Source: an uncultured delta proteobacterium (lineage in GTDB: Bacteria > Myxococcota > Myxococcia > Myxococcales > Anaeromyxobacteraceae). Taken from it: a stretch of 64,000 nt of DNA. The notes below the pieces were generated by a model. It was not told the origin of the DNA and made no database searches. It worked only from the letters and a program-made list of their open reading frames with translations. Below are positions 53,539 to 62,770 of this stretch, in pieces (within the stretch, counting starts at the first letter, position 1; every line of letters starts with the position of its first letter). The stretch lies in NCBI GenBank assembly GCA_963802065.1, contig CAWDHF010000004.1, forward strand, positions 31,204 through 95,203. Direction: 5' to 3'. The translations under genes and the position numbers were made by a program.

Positions 53539-56108
53539 CACCACTCTCCCTTCAGCCCGAGGATGGGCAGGATGGGAAGGCCGGTCGAGGCCGTACGCTC
53601 GGTGTAGTCGTAGTTGTACGTCCAGCCCTCCTGGTTCTCCCGGTTGGTCACGTTCTGCGTGTCGAGGTAGAGCGTCAGGGTCCAGTCCTTGAAGGTCCAG
53701 ACCTTGTCGATGCGCAGGTCGATGGCCCAGAAGGTGGCCAGCCGGTCGCTGTTGGTCTCCCCGTACTCGGGGACGAACACGCCGGTGGCGGAGTCGAAGA
53801 CCGACCCGACGACCGGGGTGTAGGGATTGCCGGAGACGAGCCGGAAGCGCGCGCCGGCGGACCATCCCCGGCCCAGCTGGTAGGTGCCGAGCACGGTCAG
53901 GTTGTTCGGCTGATCGAAGTCGTAGGGGCGCTGGACGTCGGGCGGGTCGGTCCGGAGGGATCGCTGGAAGGAGTAGGCGAGCCACCCGGCGAAGCTGTCG
54001 CCGATGGCCACCTTGAGCAGCGCCTCCAGGCCGTAGATGGTGCCGGTGCCGGTGCTGGTGTAGCGGGCGGCGCCGGGGTCGTAGTTGGAGCTGGAGTTGG
54101 GGATGGCCTGCTGCGTGAGCGACTTGTGGAAGCCGGTCAGGTCGAGGGAGACGCCGTCCACGATCCTCTGGCCCAGGCCGATGCTGGTCTGCAGGCTGCG
54201 CTCCGGGAGGAGGAACGGGTTCCCGGTCGCCTGGTTGGTCTTCTGCGGAGCGGGCGCCTGCTGGTACAGCCCCACGGCCGCGCGGAGCTCCGTACCCGGG
54301 ACCACCTCCCAGCGGGCGAGCAGCCGGGGGTCCACGGCCCACTGGCTGATGTCGGAGAACCAGTTGGCGCGCACCCCGGGGAGGATGGACAGGTTCGGCA
54401 GCGGCGCCCAGCGGAGCTCGGCGAAGAGCGCCGGCGAGTAGTACATGGTGGTGAGGTCGGCGCCGATCTGGGGCAGCGACGACGGGGGCAGCGGGTTCGG
54501 GCCGGTTGAGTTCGGCAGGTTCACCGCGATGGAGGCGCGTCCCATCTCGGCGTCGATGCCGCCCCGCAGCTCCCACTGCGAGGAGAAGTCGTAGACCCAC
54601 GTGCTGCGCAGCGAGAGACGGCGCAGGTTCAGGTCGAAGAAGTACTGCGGGCCGATCTGGGTGCTGATCTCCTGGAGCCCGATCACCACCGAGGTGTCCT
54701 GGCGGAAGTCGGGCGAGAAGGTCCGCGTGTACTGGCCTTGCAGGTTGTAGAAGGAGACCCGCGCGTCGAGCTGGCCGGTGATGGTCGGGTCGCGCATGGG
54801 CTTGTCGAAGAGGCCCACCAGCCGGTCCATCGACCCGTAGAAGACGATCCGCAGCTTCTGGCTCGCGTCCGGACTCCAGGTGGCGATGAACTGGAAGTCG
54901 TAGAAGCGAGGGGCCGTGCTGAAGGAGAGGTTGGCGTCCTCGGGGAGGAAGAGCGGCAGGACCGTGTCGATCCAGGAGCGCCGCGCCGCGCCGCCGAGCG
55001 ACCAGCCATTGCCGAGGCCGCCTTCCATCACCACGCCCACGTCGTAGAAGTTCACGTCCGCCTGTCCGTGAAAGCCGTCCTGGCGGGGATCGCGGATCCG
55101 GACGTCGATGATGCCGCCCTGGGCTCGCCCGTAGTCCACCGAGAAGTTCCCCGGCACGAACTCGACCGACTGGAGGAAGGCCGGGGCGTAGGTGCTGCGG
55201 ATGCCGCCGAAGTGGTAGAGCTGGGGAATCTGCTGCGACTCGAGGAAGACCTTGCTGTCCCCCGGGGCCAATCCGCGCAGCACGAGGAGGCCGGCGCCGA
55301 AGGGAGCCCGCGCCGCGCCGGGGAGGTTCAGGACGGCCTTGAGCGTGTCGCCGGCGGAGCCGGGTACCGTGAACACCTGCTCCGCCGTCAGCACCTCCTT
55401 CATCACCTCCCGCTGGATGGCCGAGGCGCTCACCACGGTCTCGTTGGCTCCGCCCACGGACTCGAGGAGGTAGTTCTCCTCACGGACCTCGCCGGCCTGG
55501 GCCTGCACGAGGAGGTCGAGCTCCTGGTGTCCGGGGGGGGCAGCCGAGATCCGGAACTCGACGCCTGGCACCTCGAACTGGAAGCGGCCGGAGCCGTCGG
55601 TGGTGGCGCGGGCGACGACCTCGTCCCCGACGCGGGCCACCACCGGCACGCCGGGAATGGGAAGGCGCGAGCCCCGCTCGAGGAGGAAGCCGGTGAGCTT
55701 CACGGGCGCGGGAGGCGGCGCCACGGGCTCCTGGATGCGCAGGCGGAAGGTGACCGTGACAGGGACCGGCTCGCCCGTGGTGAGCCGTCCGGGCTCGAAC
55801 TCGAAGCGACGTGCCGCCGAGAGCGCGGCGGCGTCGAAGGGCTCGCCGGCGCCGCTCTCCACCGAGGCCTTCTCCACCTTGCCCTCGGCGGAGACGTCCA
55901 GGGTCAGGACCACGACCACCTCGGGCGCGGGAAACCTCGTGCCGGGCGGAACGTCGGCCGGGACGAGCTCCTTCAGGCGCGGGGAGGTGGCCAGCGTCGG
56001 CTCGGCGGGTCCGGCCGGCGCGGGAGGCTGCTGCTGCCCCGCGGCCGGGGCCGCAGCGAGGAGCGCGAGAAGGGGGATGAGGCGCGCGGTGCGCCAGCTT
56101 CGCATCAT
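53538..56108 (-). CDS. TonB-dependent receptor with N-terminal TonB_C-like and carboxypeptidase-regulatory-like domains
   Basis: Signal peptide. TonB_C-like VVVVLTLDVSAEGKVEKASVESGAGEPFDAAALSAARRFEFEP. CarboxypepD_reg-like GFLLERGSRLPIPGVPV...TTDGSGRFQFE. Plug domain, long beta-barrel, and terminal ...LGLKGEW aromatic residue. Confidence 0.85.
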   Translation of the reverse strand: MMRSWRTARLIPLLALLAAAPAAGQQQPPAPAGPAEPTLATSPRLKELVPADVPPGTRFPAPEVVVVLTLDVSAEGKVEKASVESGAGEPFDAAALSAARRFEFEPGRLTTGEPVPVTVTFRLRIQEPVAPPPAPVKLTGFLLERGSRLPIPGVPVVARVGDEVVARATTDGSGRFQFEVPGVEFRISAAPPGHQELDLLVQAQAGEVREENYLLESVGGANETVVSASAIQREVMKEVLTAEQVFTVPGSAGDTLKAVLNLPGAARAPFGAGLLVLRGLAPGDSKVFLESQQIPQLYHFGGIRSTYAPAFLQSVEFVPGNFSVDYGRAQGGIIDVRIRDPRQDGFHGQADVNFYDVGVVMEGGLGNGWSLGGAARRSWIDTVLPLFLPEDANLSFSTAPRFYDFQFIATWSPDASQKLRIVFYGSMDRLVGLFDKPMRDPTITGQLDARVSFYNLQGQYTRTFSPDFRQDTSVVIGLQEISTQIGPQYFFDLNLRRLSLRSTWVYDFSSQWELRGGIDAEMGRASIAVNLPNSTGPNPLPPSSLPQIGADLTTMYYSPALFAELRWAPLPNLSILPGVRANWFSDISQWAVDPRLLARWEVVPGTELRAAVGLYQQAPAPQKTNQATGNPFLLPERSLQTSIGLGQRIVDGVSLDLTGFHKSLTQQAIPNSSSNYDPGAARYTSTGTGTIYGLEALLKVAIGDSFAGWLAYSFQRSLRTDPPDVQRPYDFDQPNNLTVLGTYQLGRGWSAGARFRLVSGNPYTPVVGSVFDSATGVFVPEYGETNSDRLATFWAIDLRIDKVWTFKDWTLTLYLDTQNVTNRENQEGWTYNYDYTERTASTGLPILPILGLKGEW

Positions 56109-56112
56109 CGGT

Positions 56113-56850
56113 TCACCCCTCGAGTCGGAACTTGTAGGTCCAGGTGACGGTGGCCGGGACGGCCTTGCCGCCCCGGGTGGCGGGACGGAAGCGGAACCGC
56201 CGGACGAGCCGCCGGGCGGCGTCGTCGAAGCCGTCGCCCCCGGAGCGTACCACGCGCGATCCGATCACCTCGCCCGTGGCGGAGACGTCGAGCTCGAGAC
56301 GGACGTCTCCCTCCAGGCTCGCGCGCCGGGCCGCTTCCGGGTAGAGGGCGCGCATCTCGGTCGCGTCGGGCTGGGCGATCAGGCTCGGGGCCGAATCGGG
56401 CTCGGTGAAGTACGCGGGAGCGTCGGGGCGATCGCTGGTTCCGCCCGGCGTGGCGCGCAGCGCCGGCTCGGACCCTGGCTGGGCGGTTGGGACCGCGATT
56501 CCGCCCCCGGGCACGGTGGCCTCGAGGGAGACGGCGAAGCGTCGGGGGGCGGCCGCGGGGGGCTGAGCGGCGCTGGGCGGGGCCTCGAGGAGCGGAGCCG
56601 GGGCTGGAGGGGCCTTCGAGGGCGATCGCTTCGCCACCTCCATCTTCTTCGGGGGATCCTGCGGTGCGGGAGGAGCGGGGGGGGGCTCCACGATTGGAGG
56701 ACGGGTGTCCACCAGCGTCACCCGGGTGGGCGGCGGCCGGTTCGAGGCGCGCCGGACGGGAGGCGCCAGCGCGACCCATGCGAGGAAGGCCGCATAGAGC
56801 CCCAACGTGATCGTCCAGCCCTGCACGCCGGTATGGGCGACTCGCTTCAC
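56113..56850 (-). CDS. tonB: energy transducer TonB
   Basis: N-terminal TM, Pro-rich spacer (PPPAPPAPQDPP), and C-terminal GDVRLELDVSATGEVIGSRVV...FRFRPA...TWTYKF. GTG 56850 overlaps the exbD TGA. Confidence 0.85.
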   Translation of the reverse strand: MKRVAHTGVQGWTITLGLYAAFLAWVALAPPVRRASNRPPPTRVTLVDTRPPIVEPPPAPPAPQDPPKKMEVAKRSPSKAPPAPAPLLEAPPSAAQPPAAAPRRFAVSLEATVPGGGIAVPTAQPGSEPALRATPGGTSDRPDAPAYFTEPDSAPSLIAQPDATEMRALYPEAARRASLEGDVRLELDVSATGEVIGSRVVRSGGDGFDDAARRLVRRFRFRPATRGGKAVPATVTWTYKFRLEG

Positions 56851-57284
56851 TTCCCGGGGGCCTCGACGGGCTTCGTGTCGAGCGCGATGTCGGTCACGCC
56901 CTCCTGGCGCAGTCGATCCACGACCTCGGCGAACCTCCCGTACGGTGCCGACACGTCGGCGGAGACGAACCCGGAGAGCTTCTGCCCGGGCTCGATCCTC
57001 TTTCGGGCCTCGGCGACCGCGCGAGGGATGTCGTCCACGCGGGCGGGCTGACCGTTCACGTAGAGGTCTCCTGAGGCGGCGACGACCAGCGCGAGGAGGC
57101 CCACCGCGGTCTCGGAGCCGGTTGCCGCCCGGGGCACCTCCACCTGGATGCTCTTCGAGACGATGAGCGACGAGGTCACCAGGAAGACGATGAGGAGGAC
57201 GAGCACGACGTCGACGACGGGGGTGATGTTGACCCCGGTGACGAGCTCGTCGGTGGGATCGGTTCCATAGCCGCCGGCGTTCAC
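56847..57284 (-). CDS. exbD: biopolymer transport protein ExbD/TolR
   Basis: GVNITPVVDVVLVLLIVFLV single TM plus periplasmic domain. GTG 57284 overlaps the exbB TGA. Confidence 0.88.
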   Translation of the reverse strand: MNAGGYGTDPTDELVTGVNITPVVDVVLVLLIVFLVTSSLIVSKSIQVEVPRAATGSETAVGLLALVVAASGDLYVNGQPARVDDIPRAVAEARKRIEPGQKLSGFVSADVSAPYGRFAEVVDRLRQEGVTDIALDTKPVEAPGK

Positions 57285-57934
57285 TGCCCGTCCTCCGCCT
57301 CGAGTCGGCCCAGGTTCGCGAGCACCTCGCGCATGAGGGACTCCGCCTCCCGGAGCCGGACGGCCATGTGCGCCCGGAGCAGGTTGTAGGCCACCACGCC
57401 GGGAACGGCCACGAAGATGCCGAAGGCCGTGGAGGCGAGCGCCTCGGCGATGGACGTCATCACCTGGGGGTTCCCGGCCGACTCCGTCGTCCCCGCCTGC
57501 CCCAGGCCGTAGAACGCCCCGACGATTCCGATGATCGTGCCGAGCAGCCCGACCAGGGGCGCGATGTTCGCGATGGTGGTCAGCCAGGCGACCCGGGCGT
57601 CGTACCTCGATCGCTCGGCGGCGAGCGTCGCCAGCATCTCCTCCTCGACCGCCTTGGCGTCCCGCTCGCCTCGCCCCACCGCGTCGAGCCCGGCCCGGAG
57701 CACGTTCCGGACGAGGCTGTCGGACTGGACGAGTGCCCGGGCCCCCGGGAGGTCCTGGCTGCGAAGCGTCTCCTGCAGGGCCGCTTGCAGGGGGAGGAAT
57801 CGCTCCCGGGTGCGGAAGTAGAGGATGAGCCGATCGGCGGTGATGGCCACTCCGATGAGGGAGAAGATCACGAGGGTCCAGTTGACCCATTCCGATCCGA
57901 GCAGGTTCAGCTGGAGGAATCTCTGCGTCAGCAT
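57281..57934 (-). CDS. exbB: MotA/TolQ/ExbB proton channel protein
   Basis: IANIAPLVGLLGTIIGIV...EALASTAFGIFVAVP signature. ATG 57934. Confidence 0.88.
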   Translation of the reverse strand: MLTQRFLQLNLLGSEWVNWTLVIFSLIGVAITADRLILYFRTRERFLPLQAALQETLRSQDLPGARALVQSDSLVRNVLRAGLDAVGRGERDAKAVEEEMLATLAAERSRYDARVAWLTTIANIAPLVGLLGTIIGIVGAFYGLGQAGTTESAGNPQVMTSIAEALASTAFGIFVAVPGVVAYNLLRAHMAVRLREAESLMREVLANLGRLEAEDGQ

Positions 57935-57954
57935 GCGTGCACCCGAAACACTCG

Positions 57955-57990
57955 TTGAATATAATGAATCGCGCGACCCATCTAATTGGA
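57955..57990. promoter_or_regulatory. AT-rich divergent promoter/operator patch between exbB operon and tetR
   Basis: TTGAATATAATGAATCG...TCTAATTGG. Exact TATAAT at 57960-57965 on the plus strand. TTAGAT-N16-TATATT readable on the minus strand. This is the only AT-rich stretch in the spacer. Confidence 0.4.
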
Positions 57991-58029
57991 CCCAGGTCGG
58001 GCGGCAAGCGGAAAGACGGACTGCGGAGC

Positions 58030-58692
58030 ATGGGACGACGAGCGGGCTCAAGGAACCTGGACTACGACCGGACAAGGTTCGAGATCGTCACGAAGGTGAC
58101 GGATCGGATATTATCGTCCACCAAGACCAATCTGAGTTTCCGGGAACTCGCGCACCTCGCCCAGGTCGCCCCCTCGACCCTTCGCCACTACTTCCCCGAC
58201 CGGGAGGCCGTCCTGCTCGGGGTCCTGGAACGCCTGCACGAGCTCGGGCACAGGCACGTCGCGGAGGGCGCGACCGCCGAGCACGGTGCGGCTCCCGAAT
58301 CGCTCCGATGGTTCCTTGGTTCCCTGGTGGAAGGATGGAGCCGCGGGGTGGGGAGGGCCCACGAGCTCGGGCTCACGGAGGGAATCGCCGACGCGGCGAT
58401 CGGACCGGCCTACCTGCGCTCTCTCCTCGAGCCCACCCTCCACTCTGCCGAGGCCCGCATCGCCCTGCACATGGCGCGCGGCGAGATCGGGCCCTGCGAC
58501 GTGCGCGTCGCCGCCGTGGAGCTGGTCGCGCCGGTGGTCCTGGTCCTGCTGCACCAGCGCGCGCTCGGGGGAGGGACGGTCCGGCACCTCGAAGTGCAAT
58601 CCTTCCTCGACGAGCACGTGGCTCGCTTCCTGCGCGCCTTCCAGCCGCCTGGGCGGCGCTCTCTCACGCCCAGTCGCGAGGAACGCGGATGA
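58030..58692 (+). CDS. TetR family transcriptional regulator
   Basis: HTH FRELAHLAQVAPSTLRHYFPDREAV. Start placed at ATG 58030. The listed ORF start 57937 lies in the AT-rich promoter patch. Confidence 0.8.
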   Translation: MGRRAGSRNLDYDRTRFEIVTKVTDRILSSTKTNLSFRELAHLAQVAPSTLRHYFPDREAVLLGVLERLHELGHRHVAEGATAEHGAAPESLRWFLGSLVEGWSRGVGRAHELGLTEGIADAAIGPAYLRSLLEPTLHSAEARIALHMARGEIGPCDVRVAAVELVAPVVLVLLHQRALGGGTVRHLEVQSFLDEHVARFLRAFQPPGRRSLTPSREERG

Positions 58693-59551
58693 CCTGGAGG
58701 AGCCTATCCTCCTCGCTTCCCGCCTCGGGATGGTGGTCGTAGCGCCACTGCACCCGGGGAGGAAGCGACATGAGGATCGACTCGGTGCGCCCGCCCGTCT
58801 CCAGCCCGAAGACGGTGCCCCGGTCGTGGAGGAGGTTGAACTCCACGTAGCGGCCGCGGCGGATCTCCTGCCAGTTCCGCTCCCGCTCTCCCCAGGCCAT
58901 CCCCTCGCGCCGCGCCACGATGGGGAGGTAGGCTCGGGAGAAGCTGCGCCCCACGTCCTCCACGAAGGCCAGCTCGCTCCACGGATCGCCTCCCAGGTCC
59001 TCGAAGAAGACACCGCCCACGCCGCGGTGCTCGCCGCGGTGGGGGAGGAAGAAGTAGGCGTCGCAGGTCCTCTTGAATCCGGGGTAGCTGCCGGGCCGGT
59101 GGCGCTCGCAGGCGAGGCGGAGCTCCCGGTGGAAGTGGGAGGCGTCCTCCTCGAACAGGTAGTAGGGGGTCAGGTCGGCTCCGCCGCCGAACCAGGCCTT
59201 CGACCCCCGCGCCAGGAGTCGGATGTTGGCGTGGGTGGTCGGCACCCACGGGCTGCGCGGGTGGATGACGAGGGAGAGCCCCACGGCGGCGAACTCGTCC
59301 CCATCGCCGGGAAGGCGGGCGGCCATGCGGGGCGGCACCGCGCCCTGTACCCGGGAGACGTTGACCCCGGCCTTCTCGAAGCGGCTCCCCTCGGCGAGGA
59401 CGCGGGTCACGCCGCCGCCCCCGCCGGGACGCTGCCAGGCGTCCCGGGCGAAGCGCCCGCCTCCGTCGGCCTCCTCGAGCGCGGCGACGATCGCGTCCTG
59501 CAGGGCCCGGACGACGGCCTCCATCCCATCCACCAGGCGTGCGTGTTCCAC
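58664..59551 (-). CDS. hemF: oxygen-dependent coproporphyrinogen III oxidase
   Basis: WQRPGGGGGVTRVL...GVNVSRV...HPRSPWVPTTHANIR...GGGADLTPYY...RGVGGVFFEDL...RRGRYVEFNLLHDRGTVFGLETGGRTESILMSLPP is collinear with E. coli HemF. Alternative start ATG 59524. Confidence 0.92.
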   Translation of the reverse strand: MEHARLVDGMEAVVRALQDAIVAALEEADGGGRFARDAWQRPGGGGGVTRVLAEGSRFEKAGVNVSRVQGAVPPRMAARLPGDGDEFAAVGLSLVIHPRSPWVPTTHANIRLLARGSKAWFGGGADLTPYYLFEEDASHFHRELRLACERHRPGSYPGFKRTCDAYFFLPHRGEHRGVGGVFFEDLGGDPWSELAFVEDVGRSFSRAYLPIVARREGMAWGERERNWQEIRRGRYVEFNLLHDRGTVFGLETGGRTESILMSLPPRVQWRYDHHPEAGSEEDRLLQVIRVPRDWA

Positions 59552-59566
59552 CAGGCCTCCGGTCCG

Positions 59567-60418
59567 TCAGGCGAAGACGATCGTCTTGTTGCCGTGGACC
59601 AGGATGCGGTCCTCGCAGTGCCAGCGCACCGCGCGGAAGAGGACGCGCCGTTCCAGATCGCGCCCCAGGGCCCGCAGGTCCTCCACCGAGTCCCGGTGGC
59701 TCACGCGGGCGACGTCCTGGTCGATGATGGGGCCGCCGTCTAGCTCGGCGGTGACGTAGTGCGCCGTGGCGCCCACGATCTTCACGCCTCGCTCGTAGGC
59801 CTGCCGGTACGGATCCGCGCCTGCGAACGCGGGCAGGAAGGAGTGGTGGATGTTGATGATCCGCCCGGGGAAGCGATCGACGAAGCCAGGCGAAAGGACC
59901 TGCATGTAGCGGGCGAGCACCAGGAGATCGGCATTCCCCTCCAGGGCCTCCAGCATTCGCGCCTCGGCCCCGGCCCGGGTGCTCCGGTCGTTCGGGACGT
60001 GGAGGAACGGGACCTGGAACGACTCCACGGCGGGGCGCAGGTCGGGGTGGTTGGAGACGACGAGGGGGATCTCGGCCCGCAGGTCGCCGCGTCGCCAGTT
60101 CCAGAGCAGGTCGAGGAGCGCGTGGTCGTGGCGGGAGACCAGCACCGCCACCCTGCGCCGGTCGGCGTGGCTGGCGAGGCGCCACTCCATCGCCATGGGG
60201 CCTCCCACCTCGGCCCCGAAGAGCTCCCCGAGCCGGGGGAGGGGCACGTCGAGCCCCTCGGTCTGGAACTCGAGCCGCATGAAGTAGGTACCCGGAGTCT
60301 CCTCCGTGGAGTGCTGGTCCAGGTCCACCACGTTGGCGCCGTGGCGGAAGAGGAAGGTGGAGACCGCAGCCACGATTCCCGGGCGGTCGGCGCATCGGAT
60401 GAGGAGGACGGCGTGCAT
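59567..60418 (-). CDS. purU: formyltetrahydrofolate deformylase
   Basis: ACT-like N-terminus (LLIRCADRPGIVAAVSTFL). INIHHSFLPAF, GATAHYV and PII.Q motifs. ATG 60418 (alternative 60445). Confidence 0.9.
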   Translation of the reverse strand: MHAVLLIRCADRPGIVAAVSTFLFRHGANVVDLDQHSTEETPGTYFMRLEFQTEGLDVPLPRLGELFGAEVGGPMAMEWRLASHADRRRVAVLVSRHDHALLDLLWNWRRGDLRAEIPLVVSNHPDLRPAVESFQVPFLHVPNDRSTRAGAEARMLEALEGNADLLVLARYMQVLSPGFVDRFPGRIINIHHSFLPAFAGADPYRQAYERGVKIVGATAHYVTAELDGGPIIDQDVARVSHRDSVEDLRALGRDLERRVLFRAVRWHCEDRILVHGNKTIVFA

Positions 60419-60549
60419 GGACCTGCTGTGTACCCCGGGGAGCACCCGTCGGGGAACCGGGTCTCCCGGGGCGGGTTGATTCTCGACAATGGACGTTTAC
60501 GGGCGGCGGAGTAGGGTGGCTCGAGGGTTTTCGCGCGGGGAGGCACGCG

Positions 60550-62235
60550 GTGGGCGACGGGCCGGAGAGCGAGTCGGGAGCGGGTGGGACGCCGGTCGGC
60601 ACGGGGGCGCGCCCTCCGCAGTCGCGCGCGGGCAACGAGCACGCCGCGCTCGACTCCATCCCCTGGCGCGATCGGCTCTCCACGCAGCTCCTCGGCGTGG
60701 CGGCGGCGATCGTGCTCGGGGCGGTGGTGGTTTTCACGCTCGTGGAGATGGCCATCGCCCGCCAGCGGCTGGGAGGCTTGACCCGGTCCACGGTGCTCCT
60801 CAGCGAGACCATCTCGGCCTCGATCCGTCACTCCATGATGCGCGACGACCGGGCCGAGGCCTACGCCATCATCGACAACATCGGACGGCAGCCGCAGATC
60901 GCCCACGTCCGGCTCTTCAACAAGGAGGGGCGAATCACCTTCTCCACCGTCCCCGGCGAGCGGGGAAAGCTTGTGGACAAGCGGGCCGAGGGCTGCCGCG
61001 CCTGCCACGAGGAGAACGAGAGCCTGATCGTCCCGGTGGACGCGCTCCGGGCCAGGACCTACGAGGGACGCCACGGGCGCGTGCTCTCGATGGTGACCCC
61101 GTTCCGGTCGGGGGCGGACTGCACGACCAGCTCCTGCCACGTCCACCCGCGGGAGCGGGCGGTCGTCGGGGTACTCGACGTCGGCGTCTCGCTCGAGCAG
61201 GTGGACCGGGACCTCTCCGCGTTCCGACGGGTCAGCTTCCTCGTCACGGCGCTCCTCGCCCTGATGCTGGCGAGCATCCTCTGGTACATGGTCAAGACCC
61301 GCGTCGTGCGCCCCGTCGAGGCGCTGGTCCAGGGCACGCGCCGGGTGGCCCACGACGAGCTCGACACCGAGATCCACGTCGACGCCCGAGGGGAGCTGGG
61401 GCTCCTGGCCGCGTCCTTCAACGAGATGATCCGCTCGCTGCGGAGGGTGGAGGGCGAGTTCCAGGCGCTCAACGCGCAGCTGGAGACGAAGGTCCAGGAG
61501 CGAACCGGCGAGCTCCGCGCCGCCCAGGACACGCTGGTTCGCACCGAGAAGCTCTCCTCGCTGGGAAAGCTCTCTGCCTCCATCGCGCACGAGATCAACA
61601 ACCCGCTGGCCGGCATCCTGACCTTCGCGAAGCTCATGATCCGCACCATCGAGCACGGGCCGGTCGGGGAGGCGGAGCGGAGGACCCTGGTGAAGCAGCT
61701 GGCGCTCGTCCAGCGGGAGACCGAGCGCTGCACGGCCATCGTCCGGAACCTGCTCGACTTCGCCCGCGAGCGTCCGCTCCAGCTCAAGGACGTGGACGTG
61801 AACCACGTCATCGAGGAGGTCTTCTCGCTGGTCTCGAACCAGACGGCCATGCTGGGGGTCGAGGCCTCGAAGGACCTGGCCCCGGTTCCCAAGGTGGAGG
61901 CCGACTTCGGCCAGCTCCGCCAGGCCTTCATCAACATCGTCATCAACGCAATCGAGGCCATGGGGAAGGGGGGGCACCTCCGGGTCTCGACCCGCCCCCT
62001 GCCCGGGCAGCACGCCCTGGAGGTGGTGTTCCAGGACGACGGTCCGGGCATCCCGCCGGAGCTGATGCAGAAGGTCTTCGACCCGTTCTTCACCACCAAG
62101 GAGAAGGGCACCGGGCTGGGGCTCTCGGTGGTCTACGGCATCGTGGAGCGGCACAAGGGGCGCGTGTCCGTGGAGAGCGAACCGGGGAAGGGAACCCGCT
62201 TCACAATCTGGCTCCCCGCGACGCGCGGGTCGTGA
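60550..62235 (+). CDS. sensor histidine kinase with periplasmic c-heme-motif domain, HAMP, HisKA, HATPase
   Basis: Two TM helices flank a ~160-aa loop containing CRACH (60994-61008) and CTTSSCH (61120-61140). HAMP domain. H-box SIAHEINNPL. N/G boxes NIVINAIEA, DDGPGI and GTGLGL. GTG start 60550 is uncertain. Confidence 0.85.
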   Translation: MGDGPESESGAGGTPVGTGARPPQSRAGNEHAALDSIPWRDRLSTQLLGVAAAIVLGAVVVFTLVEMAIARQRLGGLTRSTVLLSETISASIRHSMMRDDRAEAYAIIDNIGRQPQIAHVRLFNKEGRITFSTVPGERGKLVDKRAEGCRACHEENESLIVPVDALRARTYEGRHGRVLSMVTPFRSGADCTTSSCHVHPRERAVVGVLDVGVSLEQVDRDLSAFRRVSFLVTALLALMLASILWYMVKTRVVRPVEALVQGTRRVAHDELDTEIHVDARGELGLLAASFNEMIRSLRRVEGEFQALNAQLETKVQERTGELRAAQDTLVRTEKLSSLGKLSASIAHEINNPLAGILTFAKLMIRTIEHGPVGEAERRTLVKQLALVQRETERCTAIVRNLLDFARERPLQLKDVDVNHVIEEVFSLVSNQTAMLGVEASKDLAPVPKVEADFGQLRQAFINIVINAIEAMGKGGHLRVSTRPLPGQHALEVVFQDDGPGIPPELMQKVFDPFFTTKEKGTGLGLSVVYGIVERHKGRVSVESEPGKGTRFTIWLPATRGS

Positions 62236-62236
62236 C

Positions 62237-62770
62237 GTGGAGGCCATACACCTTTGGTGGATCGGTGAGAAGGATCCCGGCGCCCGGACGCTCGACCACG
62301 TGCGGCTCCACCTGGGGCGCGCCCTGGGCGTGCCCGTGCGCATCTGGGAGGATCCGGCGCGTCCGCCCGACGCCTACGACCCCCGGCGCAAGCAGTGGTC
62401 GACCTCGAGGATCCTGGCCTGGATGGCGACGGCCGGTCCTGCCGGGAAGGTCCTGGCCGTGACCGACCAGGACCTCTTCATCCCCATCCTGACCTTCGTC
62501 TTCGGCGAGGCACAGCTCGGAGGGCGGGCCGCGGTGGTCTCCACCGCGCGGCTGGGGGAACCCGGGCTTCCCGACCCTCGCGTGGCGCTGGAGCGGCTGG
62601 CCAAGGAGAGCGTCCACGAGCTGGGCCACTGCTTCGGCCTGGTCCACTGTGACACCCCGGGTTGCGTGATGGGACGCTCGCCCAGCGCGCGGGACGTGGA
62701 CCGGAAGCGCGCAGATTTCTGCTCGAAGTGCCGAGACCGCGTCAGGCGGCCCGGGGGAGAGACGAGATGA
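62237..62770 (+). CDS. archaemetzincin-like zinc metallopeptidase (family M54)
   Basis: HELGHCFGLVHCDTPGCVMG-x16-CSKC fits the archaemetzincin HEXXHXXGX3CX4CXM...CXXC signature. GTG 62237 lies 1 nt after the kinase stop. Confidence 0.75.
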   Translation: MEAIHLWWIGEKDPGARTLDHVRLHLGRALGVPVRIWEDPARPPDAYDPRRKQWSTSRILAWMATAGPAGKVLAVTDQDLFIPILTFVFGEAQLGGRAAVVSTARLGEPGLPDPRVALERLAKESVHELGHCFGLVHCDTPGCVMGRSPSARDVDRKRADFCSKCRDRVRRPGGETR

